Positions 17,530-24,607 of a stretch of 32,000 nucleotides of DNA are shown piece after piece. The stretch's first letter is position 1; each line of letters opens with the position of its first letter. The notes under the pieces were generated by a model, which was not told where the DNA came from, did not search any database, and saw only the letters and a program-made list of their open reading frames with translations. Made by a program: the position numbers and the translations under genes. The stretch is taken from positions 834,187 to 866,186 of the forward strand of contig NZ_CP026994.1 of NCBI RefSeq assembly GCF_013407165.1, read 5' to 3'. This stretch comes from Nitrosopumilus oxyclinae (GTDB taxonomy: Archaea > Thermoproteota > Nitrososphaeria > Nitrososphaerales > Nitrosopumilaceae).

Positions 17530-18024
17530 TCATTCTACTGACACAATCTTGCCTTTGGGTTTTTCTTCGGCAAGAGAGAATGTCAGCTCCAATACGCCGT
17601 TTGTGTATTTTGCTTTTGCGGAATTTTCATCAATGTCATACTTTAATGGAATCTTTGTTCCATACTTTCTTTCTCCGTGTTCAGCAGAGATTGACACGAT
17701 GTTATCTGCAACATTGACCTGAATGTCAGATTTTTCGATTCCTGGCATTTCAGCTACGAGTTGTAAAATGCGTTCTTTTTCATTAATTGTCTCATCCACA
17801 TAGACATCCCGTATGCCAGAATCACTGATTGCAGTGGTTGGTTTTGCATTACCCCATTCTTTTACAACGGGTTTTCCATCAGGTCCCACGGTCATATGAT
17901 AGCCGTAATAGTATGGTCCAATTGTTTGGACTTGGGCTCCGTCTGGAATTTCAAAGACATCCCCCATTGAAAAAAAGGGGCCAGATAATCTTCGAAATGT
18001 TTTTTCGAATTGGTCATCAAACAT
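17530..18024 (-). CDS. hsp20: Small heat shock protein (Hsp20 / alpha-crystallin family)
   Basis: The alpha-crystallin domain is clear: VDETINEKERILQLVAEMPGIEKSDIQVNVADNIVSISAE...AKYTNGVLELTFS. Confidence 0.88.
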   Translation of the reverse strand: MFDDQFEKTFRRLSGPFFSMGDVFEIPDGAQVQTIGPYYYGYHMTVGPDGKPVVKEWGNAKPTTAISDSGIRDVYVDETINEKERILQLVAEMPGIEKSDIQVNVADNIVSISAEHGERKYGTKIPLKYDIDENSAKAKYTNGVLELTFSLAEEKPKGKIVSVE

Positions 18025-18079
18025 CTTTTAATCACCGATTTAATGTAATAGAGATTACAAAATATAAAGATTTTGCATA

Positions 18080-18119
18080 AATTGTCTATATATGACAATT
18101 ATGTCATGTACATGACAAT
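18080..18119. promoter_or_regulatory. Nested palindromes around a TATATAT box in the hsp20 / zinc-finger divergent promoter
   Basis: The sequence reads AATTGTC-tatatat-GACAATT, then ATGACA-atta-TGTCAT, then TGTCATG-ta-CATGACA. The GACAAT/ATTGTC half-site occurs three times within 40 bp. Confidence 0.5.
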
Positions 18120-18150
18120 ATTCAAATATTAGCATTTCAATAAACAGTCC

Positions 18151-18354
18151 ATGCAAACTACGATACAAGAATATGAGAATCAATCAAAACCTAGATCAAG
18201 TAGACAGGTAACCTATTTTTGCAGATTATGTAGAGAATACGGAATAAAAACTCGAAAGGCACATTTACAAAATTACCACAATGCAAACCGAGACACAGTT
18301 ACAAAACGAAGCAATAAGGATCTTGTAGATGTAATTTTTATTGAATCAAGATAA
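18151..18354 (+). CDS. Small C2H2-like zinc-finger protein
   Basis: 67-aa ORF. YFCRLCREYGIKTRKAHLQNYH gives C-x2-C-x10-H-x4-H. Confidence 0.55.
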   Translation: MQTTIQEYENQSKPRSSRQVTYFCRLCREYGIKTRKAHLQNYHNANRDTVTKRSNKDLVDVIFIESR

Positions 18355-18371
18355 TAATTGTATTAAAAAAA

Positions 18372-18557
18372 TTAGTGATGCATATCTGATTCTAAAAGCA
18401 TTCTATTAACATCAATTATCATACATGCAGGATGTGCAATTTTTTCTGCCATTACTCCACAAGTATGACAAAAGAGTCTAGTTGGCTCATTACAGAATTT
18501 GCATCTACGTTCTACTTCTAATCTAGAAGTACATATTCTACAGGATTTGTTTTCCAT
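18372..18557 (-). CDS. Cys-rich mini-protein, paralog 2 of 3
   Basis: 61-aa ORF MENKSCRICTSRLEVERRCKFCNEPTRLFCHTCGVMAEKIAHPAC.... Cys/His spacing is the same as paralogs 1 and 3. Confidence 0.7.
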   Translation of the reverse strand: MENKSCRICTSRLEVERRCKFCNEPTRLFCHTCGVMAEKIAHPACMIIDVNRMLLESDMHH

Positions 18558-18590
18558 AGATACAATATAGTGAAAATAATTTAAAAATTA

Positions 18591-18606
18591 TTCTAAAATT
18601 AGAAAC
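18591..18606. repeat. Short relative of the TTTCTAAA...TTTAGAAA palindrome, lacking the central hexamer
   Basis: ttctaaaattagaaac is followed by a second small hairpin, AATTAG-tttcaa-CTAATT (18611-18628). It lies between the regulator stop and the start of the mini-protein gene. Confidence 0.4.
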
Positions 18607-18679
18607 AGCTAATTAGTTTCAACTAATTTTATAAAATTCAAAAAAGGTTCATTGTCGTTTTGACATATAGAAAGCAAAA

Positions 18680-19480
18680 CTATTCTTTTAATTTACTCTC
18701 TTTGAAAACATCAGAACCATACCAACAATATCTGAAATAGTCAAGACACCATTCATGAAACATTGAATCATCTGAATAAAACATCTCACTAATATCGGAC
18801 TCTCCATCTACTTTTGGAAACATTATGCATGCCTCTTTCTCATTCATCACAAGTACTGTTTGAACATCTTTTGTCATTTTTCTTTGGATTAATCCATCAG
18901 CCATTAATTTATCAAATCCAAATTTCTTGAGAAGTGCCTTCCTTCCTTTTGGAACTACTGCAGATTCAGAAAAAATATAATCAAAGTTTATCCCTTTCTT
19001 GACTTGCTTTATCAGAGGCTCTATCAAATCTAGAGGGACTTCAGATAGCACCTCATAGATATATTCATTAGAATTTTTGTAAATACTCTTCCACTGCTCC
19101 ATTGTTTTAGAAAATCCCTTGACACGCTGACTAACTGCTAATTGCCCACAGCGCATTTGGAATTTATGTGGAATTTCTCCAAAATTGTGCTCTTCAAAAT
19201 ATTTCCTATTTTGTGAAAGGAAAACTAATGAGGGTACCTGAGTGCAAACTGTTTTTCCAAATGTTGTTAACACGTATTTCCCATCATTTTTCTTTTCAAT
19301 CAAACCACTTTCCTCCAATCGTGTGAAATTTCTATGTACTTCTTGTTTAGTTGCACCAATCTCCTTTGCCAATGCAGTCGGGGTAGAATTTTTCTCTAAT
19401 AATTTGAATAAAATTTCCATTCTTTGGGGGCTGGCCAAATCAAGAACATAGTTTGCAGTTTCATCAAAAAGGTCTGTCAA
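18680..19480 (-). CDS. Winged-helix transcriptional regulator with a DUF1724 (FilR1-like) C-terminal domain
   Basis: The N-terminal ArsR-like HTH is RMEILFKLLEKNSTPTALAKEIGATKQEVHRNFTRLEESGLIEK. The C-terminus ...FHEWCLDYFRYCWYGS resembles DUF1724 regulators. The start is an apparent TTG. Confidence 0.6.
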   Translation of the reverse strand: MTDLFDETANYVLDLASPQRMEILFKLLEKNSTPTALAKEIGATKQEVHRNFTRLEESGLIEKKNDGKYVLTTFGKTVCTQVPSLVFLSQNRKYFEEHNFGEIPHKFQMRCGQLAVSQRVKGFSKTMEQWKSIYKNSNEYIYEVLSEVPLDLIEPLIKQVKKGINFDYIFSESAVVPKGRKALLKKFGFDKLMADGLIQRKMTKDVQTVLVMNEKEACIMFPKVDGESDISEMFYSDDSMFHEWCLDYFRYCWYGSDVFKESKLKE

Positions 19481-19521
19481 TGATACGACTACTCAATATA
19501 GGATAAAAATGATTACAGATT

Positions 19522-20511
19522 CTATTCAATTACTTTGATTAGTTCTTTTAGTTTTCTTCTAGATTTTGGAGGTTTTTTCTTATCAGGATATCCAATACAA
19601 AGAATAGATGAAGGTCTCAAATCAGTACCTAAAATTTTCTTTACCTTTTCTTCATCAAACATCCCAATCCAGATCGTACTTAATCCTACACCTGATGCTG
19701 CCAACAATGAAAAGGCAGCCGCAATTGTAGCATCTTGTAATGAAAATTTCTCCAATATTTCTTGAGGGAACTTTAGTTTGACTCTAGAAGGCTCCATACA
19801 AAATACCAAAACTACAGGTGCATTGACATATGGTTGCTTATTTGCAGCCTCTACAAGGGCTTCTTTTGTTTTATCATTTTTAATCAAAAATACCTGAAAT
19901 CCTTGAAAGTTTCCAGCAGTAGGGGCAACATCTGCTGCCGATAAAATCTTGTCAATTTTCCAATCCTCAACTTTGGTTTTAAGAAATTTTCTAGTTGAGC
20001 GTCTAGTAGAGAACACCCTGAACAAATCAGTAGGGGAAAGATCTTGCCTAATTTTTTCAGGTTCTGAAGATAGTATTGCTTCAATGAGGGATTGTTTTGG
20101 ATTTTCTGTAGCAATATCTCCAGATTCTTTATCATCATCTCGAATCCAGACAGAGGGATAGAATTCTTTTGAACCAACGTAAACATATTGTGGTTCATGT
20201 GGGATTTTGGCAAACTCTAAAACTTGTTCTTGTAGTTCAGCAGTCTTTGCCTCAAGTAATCCATGATTTGTTAATGTAAATTGTGTAACATCAGAATTAA
20301 CTCTGATAAAGCTAGACTGATCTTCTAACTCTACTTCACCTGTAGAGTTTTTTTTAAAAATTTCGACCAAACTTTCTAGTTCATTCTTGTTTAGAATGAT
20401 AACATCTGTATCGTCATCATCAACTCCTTTCCAAACTAGCCTACATCCTTCTTTTGATATGTATGACGCCTCAACTGTTTGAAATTGCATTATAGTCATA
20501 TCAATAATCAT
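19522..20511 (-). CDS. Nitroreductase-family protein with an unassigned ~165-aa N-terminal domain
   Basis: The C-terminal ~165 aa (RRSTRKF...ILSAADVAPTAGNFQGFQVFLI...LQDATIAAAFSLLAASGVGLSTIWIG...) have nitroreductase-fold motifs. The N-terminal half matches nothing I recognise. Confidence 0.7.
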   Translation of the reverse strand: MIIDMTIMQFQTVEASYISKEGCRLVWKGVDDDDTDVIILNKNELESLVEIFKKNSTGEVELEDQSSFIRVNSDVTQFTLTNHGLLEAKTAELQEQVLEFAKIPHEPQYVYVGSKEFYPSVWIRDDDKESGDIATENPKQSLIEAILSSEPEKIRQDLSPTDLFRVFSTRRSTRKFLKTKVEDWKIDKILSAADVAPTAGNFQGFQVFLIKNDKTKEALVEAANKQPYVNAPVVLVFCMEPSRVKLKFPQEILEKFSLQDATIAAAFSLLAASGVGLSTIWIGMFDEEKVKKILGTDLRPSSILCIGYPDKKKPPKSRRKLKELIKVIE

Positions 20512-20528
20512 AAAAAATAAGTTTGTTG

Positions 20529-20678
20529 CTAGCCTAATAATCCACTAGCAACAGAGTATGCTCCAATACCCACTCCAATTACTACACCGATTCCCATGCA
20601 GATGAGGTCAAATTTTACGACCTTTTTGAAGGGGGCATGAACCATTTTATCCCAGTTTGAGATTTGATGTGTTTTCAT
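20529..20678 (-). CDS. Single-TM micro-protein, paralog 2 of 2
   Basis: An ATG at 20678 gives MKTHQISNWDKMVHAPFKKVVKFDLICMGIGVVIGVGIGAYSVASGLLG. The start is chosen by alignment with paralog 1; the track ORF extends to 20723. Confidence 0.72.
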   Translation of the reverse strand: MKTHQISNWDKMVHAPFKKVVKFDLICMGIGVVIGVGIGAYSVASGLLG

Positions 20679-20784
20679 GATTATAGTTAGAACTAGTTGC
20701 ATATAGAGTCGGGTAAAACCCATCGATTACAGGTAAGCTAAACAGCTGACCAAGGTATATGATCAATTTTCACATAATTACATC

Positions 20785-20967
20785 ATGAGAATTGATAGTT
20801 GTAGAAAATGTGGAATAGAAATGACAATCAAACAGAAATGCTCAATTTGTCATGAGCCTATCAAGTTTAATTGCAAAAAATGTCATTTTGAATCAGAGGA
20901 ACAAATTCATTCATTGTGTAAAATGACAGATATTAACCACCGGCCATTAATTCCAAAGCCAGCATAG
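20785..20967 (+). CDS. Cys-rich mini-protein, paralog 3 of 3
   Basis: 60-aa ORF MRIDSCRKCGIEMTIKQKCSICHEPIKFNCKKCHFESEEQIHSLC.... It is divergent from TM micro-protein paralog 2. Confidence 0.7.
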   Translation: MRIDSCRKCGIEMTIKQKCSICHEPIKFNCKKCHFESEEQIHSLCKMTDINHRPLIPKPA

Positions 20968-21027
20968 GTAACATACCACCCCCATCACATAAAATGCCAA
21001 AATCAGATAGGTAAGTCTGAACTTATC

Positions 21028-21132
21028 TTAATGTAGAAAATATTTTTGAGCATGCACATTAGAACAATTATCTGAGCAAAAACTAGTGGAATCAGGTATA
21101 AAATCATCATCACAGTTTCTACATTTAGGCAT
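21028..21132 (-). CDS. Possible 34-aa CxxC...CxxxC micro-protein
   Basis: An ATG at 21132 gives MPKCRNCDDDFIPDSTSFCSDNCSNVHAQKYFLH, with TAA at 21028-30. It is below the track cutoff. Confidence 0.3.
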   Translation of the reverse strand: MPKCRNCDDDFIPDSTSFCSDNCSNVHAQKYFLH

Positions 21133-21279
21133 AGTGATTCATACTAGATTAACTTCATAAGTAATAGGTTGTTCAATAAATACAACATTTTTTGTCAAGA
21201 TTCATTTTCTTCCTAAATTGCTCTAAGAATTACTCATAAAAGATATTTAGAAATACCAGATAAATTAGCAGATAATCAA

Positions 21280-21480
21280 ATGAGTAATCTCGATGAATCC
21301 ATAGGGAAACTACTCCTAGATCTTCAAAAAGATGATCCAGATTCATTTAAAAAACTAATGAAAAAAGCTCAAGAAGAAAATCCAGACTTGTTTGAGACCG
21401 ATATTGATTCTGAAAATGAAGAAATTGAAAAATACAATCTCGAAATTGACGAATATAATAAAAAAATAGATGAAGAATAA
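21280..21480 (+). CDS. Small acidic hypothetical protein
   Basis: 66-aa ORF, Asp/Glu/Lys-rich and predicted helical. No family recognised. Confidence 0.4.
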   Translation: MSNLDESIGKLLLDLQKDDPDSFKKLMKKAQEENPDLFETDIDSENEEIEKYNLEIDEYNKKIDEE

Positions 21481-21607
21481 TCTAAACCTATATGTAATTA
21501 ACCACGGAAATATCATAACATAAATTCTTCACACATCCAATGTGCAAATTATCATTAACCATATGAAAATTATGAAAGTGTATATCCATTCTAAGAATTA
21601 AAATGGA

Positions 21608-21703
21608 TTATTTTTTACAACTGTCACAGCTGCAATCAAACATGTCAGCCTTTCCCATGCATTGATCATGGTGTTCATTGTAACATTTGTTACAAATGAC
21701 CAC
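21608..21703 (-). CDS. Possible 31-aa Cys-rich micro-protein coupled to the upstream zinc-finger ORF
   Basis: A GTG at 21703 overlaps the TAG of the upstream ORF (TAGTG). It translates to VVICNKCYNEHHDQCMGKADMFDCSCDSCKK, with TAA at 21608-10. Confidence 0.25.
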   Translation of the reverse strand: MVICNKCYNEHHDQCMGKADMFDCSCDSCKK

Positions 21704-21864
21704 TATGCACTAACCTTCTTAATGTGAGTTTTTTCATGAATCAGTACTTTGTCAAAAGTATCAGAATTTCCATCCCAATGAAAAGTACATACTCTACAAT
21801 TGTATTTCATTTTATTTTGACTTTTCCTCTGTTTTGGTTTCAGACTCTTTGAATGCATTAACAT
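21703..21864 (-). CDS. Small C2H2-like zinc-finger protein
   Basis: YNCRVCTFHWDGNSDTFDKVLIHEKTH gives C-x2-C-x16-H-x3-H, preceded by a basic N-terminus. The start is uncertain: ATG at 21864, TTG at 21894, or the internal MKYNC. Confidence 0.45.
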   Translation of the reverse strand: MLMHSKSLKPKQRKSQNKMKYNCRVCTFHWDGNSDTFDKVLIHEKTHIKKVSA

Positions 21865-22057
21865 CGTCTGCAGATTTGGCCGTACAACAACCAAGTTTTA
21901 ATTTCCCTAGTATTTTTTTGAACATACTTTGTATGATTTTGATTGGATATATACCGACTCTATTATTACATTTCGTGCCTGATTTTCTATATATTTTGGC
22001 ATTTTTCTATGAATTTTAAAGCAAAAATTGATATTCTCATCATTTTACTATATAGAT

Positions 22058-22234
22058 ATGCCAGGATATCTTGGAAATAGATTAGATGGAGTAGTTCATC
22101 ACTTAGCAGTTATGACATCAGATTGTAAAATTGTTGAAATTAAAAAACTAGACAAAGTATATTTCGTTCCAGATACAATAGAGCAAGCAATTACAGAAAA
22201 ATTCACTCAATGTAAGAACTGTATTAAAAATTAA
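22058..22234 (+). CDS. Hypothetical small protein
   Basis: An ATG at 22058 gives MPGYLGNRLDGVVHHLAVMTSDCKIVEI...QCKNCIKN. No family recognised. Confidence 0.35.
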   Translation: MPGYLGNRLDGVVHHLAVMTSDCKIVEIKKLDKVYFVPDTIEQAITEKFTQCKNCIKN

Positions 22235-22237
22235 AAA

Positions 22238-22516
22238 TTATTCTACTTTAACGCCATTCCAAAAAGCCACCATTCCTTTGATTTTAGAGGCAGCATCGTT
22301 TGGCTCTGCATAATACCATGCACAATCTTTGTTTATTTTCCCATTAACATCTACAGAATAGTAATTAGCCATTCCTTTCCAACCACAAACAGTGGTCAAT
22401 TCAGTTTTTTTGAAATACTCTTGTTTAATTGAGTCAAATGGAAAATAATGATTTCCATCTACCACAACGGTGTCATTACTTTCTGCAATTACGACATCAT
22501 TCCAAATTGCTTGCAT
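22238..22516 (-). CDS. DUF427 domain protein
   Basis: AIWNDVVIAESNDTVVVDGNHYFP...TVCGWKGMANYYSV...AWYYAEP...KGMVAFW are the conserved DUF427 blocks. Confidence 0.8.
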   Translation of the reverse strand: MQAIWNDVVIAESNDTVVVDGNHYFPFDSIKQEYFKKTELTTVCGWKGMANYYSVDVNGKINKDCAWYYAEPNDAASKIKGMVAFWNGVKVE

Positions 22517-22568
22517 GAATATAGGATATTTTAATCCATATTTAATTAAATCTCCAAATAATCAGAGT

Positions 22569-24011
22569 TTAGATTTTTGCTTTAACTTGTTCACGTTTAG
22601 TAAAATCAGGTTTTATTCCCAATGAATCATAGTTTCCTGAAGAACATGTAAAGCACATTGAGTCTTTTGGCATTCCAACTGCTTCTGCTAAATTTTCAGC
22701 AGTGTTATATCCCAAAAAGTCAACACCAATGCTTTGTCGCACCATTTCAGTAATTTCATCACTGCTCATAGTTTTTCCATTAGTATAGGTAGCAAGTTCT
22801 TCTTGAGATGGAAAATCAATTCCAGCATAACAAGGATAATTGATTTGAGGATATGTGATCAACATGCTTATTTTTTTGGCACCTGCACGACGAAGAGCCT
22901 TGATAATAGCCTTAGAACTAGTGCCTCTAACTAAACTATCATCAATTACTACCACATGTTTATCTTTGATTATTTCACTAATTGGGATAATCCAACGATT
23001 GATTTCAACTCTATCACTTTGATGGGGTTCAATGAAACTTCGTAGTGGGCCTTTCTTGCTGTATCTGTCTTTCAGCAGACCTTCATCAAAAGATACTCCA
23101 AGTTCTTGAGCATAACCTAACGCTGCAGGTCTTGCAGAATCAGGTACAGGTATAACCAAGTCAGCATCTTTAATGGGAAATTTTTTTGCCATAAATTGCC
23201 CAATTTTTTTTCTTGAAACGTAAATGTTGCGCCCCTCCATGTTACTTGACGGATGGGCAAAGTAAGTAAATTCAAAAGAACAATGTGCACGAGAAGTATC
23301 AGTAGAAAATTGTTCAGTTTCTAAACCACTTTGGCTTAATTTGATCAATTCACCAGGAACTACATCTCTTTGTAAAGTTGCACCAACTGCAGTAACTGCA
23401 GCAGATTCAGAAGTTACAATGTATGTATCATCAGATTCCTTATGTCCCAACACCATTGGACGAAATCCTTTAGGATCTCGAGCAGCGTAAACAGAGTTAT
23501 CATCAGAGATAAATGTAAAACAATAAGATCCTACCATCTCATTTTTTAGAATTGATAGTGCTTTTCCCATTTCACCATTTTCAGAAATTAGTGACACTAG
23601 TCTTTGTGCTGCAACCAAAGTATCACTTGCATTTTGTGGTGTAAAAGAGCAACCTCCAACGAGGTTTGATAATTCCTGAGCATTTGCAATTGTTCCATTA
23701 TGTGCAATGCAGAGATCCTTTACTTTCAATGGCTGTGCATTTTCCAAAGTACTGGTACCCATTGTAGAATATCTTACATGGCCAATAACACATGGAGATG
23801 CATACTCTTGTGCAATTTTTTTAAATTCAGATGAAGAATGTGAGACTAGCCCTATTTTTTTAAACGGAGGTTTGTTTGGAACTGCAAATCCCCAAGCTTC
23901 TTGTCCTCTATGCTGTAAAGCTCGTAAAGCATCAAAGACCATCGGAACAACATTTTTTCCAGTTAAACTGTAAATTCCTACAACACCGCAGTTTTCCTTT
24001 ACTTTTGGCAT
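22569..24011 (-). CDS. purF: Amidophosphoribosyltransferase
   Basis: A short propeptide precedes the catalytic Cys (MPKVKENCGVVGI). HRGQEAWG, GHVRYST and the PRTase motif VVVIDDSLVRGTS all match PurF. Confidence 0.93.
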   Translation of the reverse strand: MPKVKENCGVVGIYSLTGKNVVPMVFDALRALQHRGQEAWGFAVPNKPPFKKIGLVSHSSSEFKKIAQEYASPCVIGHVRYSTMGTSTLENAQPLKVKDLCIAHNGTIANAQELSNLVGGCSFTPQNASDTLVAAQRLVSLISENGEMGKALSILKNEMVGSYCFTFISDDNSVYAARDPKGFRPMVLGHKESDDTYIVTSESAAVTAVGATLQRDVVPGELIKLSQSGLETEQFSTDTSRAHCSFEFTYFAHPSSNMEGRNIYVSRKKIGQFMAKKFPIKDADLVIPVPDSARPAALGYAQELGVSFDEGLLKDRYSKKGPLRSFIEPHQSDRVEINRWIIPISEIIKDKHVVVIDDSLVRGTSSKAIIKALRRAGAKKISMLITYPQINYPCYAGIDFPSQEELATYTNGKTMSSDEITEMVRQSIGVDFLGYNTAENLAEAVGMPKDSMCFTCSSGNYDSLGIKPDFTKREQVKAKI

Positions 24012-24137
24012 TTCTAAGCAGACTCCTCAGGGAAACATATCATCAAAAGGTTAGAAAAAGTGTAAAACTTAGCTGAAAAATCAGTTAATGCCTTCATCCC
24101 CTGATCCATTACCACCTTTGAACAATAAAAATGCTGA

Positions 24138-24487
24138 TCACTTTATGCGATCAGAAAATAGCTTTTGATTTCTAATTTTCTTCATATTTCGATAAGTTAT
24201 GATGTGATACTTTATGATGTTCTTGAGTTTGGCTTCAACTGATAATTCCTCATTAATGCAAACGGATAGAAAATCAAGATAGTCCTTATCTTTTACATCA
24301 ATCTCTATTTTTCTCAACTTAACACTTGAATCCTAATTGAGTCATCATCTCTTGAAATGTCTTTAGCATGGTTAATACAAAATCTCATGATCTGTCGACA
24401 ATAGGCTTTTGAACTCCCCAATTCAAAGTGATAAAACATCACGTTAGCGTAAGCTTCCGAGTTACATCCGAGCATATTACAGATCAT
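24138..24487 (-). pseudogene. Two abutting small ORFs (57 and 59 codons) offset by one frame: either a frameshifted gene or an overlapping micro-ORF pair
   Basis: ORF A runs 24487..24314 (MICNMLGCNSEAYANVMFYHFELGSSKAYCRQIMRFCINHAKDISRDDDSIRIQVLS, ending in TGA). ORF B runs 24317..24138 from a TTG that overlaps that TGA (RKIEIDVKDKDYLDFLSVCINEELSVEAKLKNIIKYHIITYRNMKKIRNQKLFSDRIK). Confidence 0.3.
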
Positions 24488-24607
24488 GAGAGTGTATCTA
24501 GGATATTTTGAGCCTAAAAGGGCAGGTTATTATGAAAAACAAAATCCGGCAGTTACAGAGACAATCGTTTCAGTTTGACAAAGATTAGAGAGATATGCTT
24601 TGGTATT

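Noticed and set aside
17051-18098. Overlapping ORFs around the hsp20 module: 17051..17254, 17117..17338, 17492..17722, 17496..17717, 17829..18080 and 17892..18098.
   Set aside because: They overlap hsp20 or the conserved micro-protein genes in other frames or on the other strand, and lack recognisable features. The paralog-supported frames explain the region better.
12468-20983. Recurrent intergenic C5 runs with a CCCCCA(C/T) context, at 12468-72, 17005-09 and 20979-83, each just downstream of a stop codon.
   Set aside because: Their orientation relative to the upstream gene is inconsistent: G-run in two transcripts, C-run in one. There are only three cases, which is too few to separate from chance without genome-wide counts.
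21834-22019. ORF 21834..22019(+).
   Set aside because: It overlaps the C2H2-like ORF on the opposite strand at its 5' end and then runs through T-rich intergenic sequence. The hydrophobic, low-complexity translation is typical of spurious ORFs.
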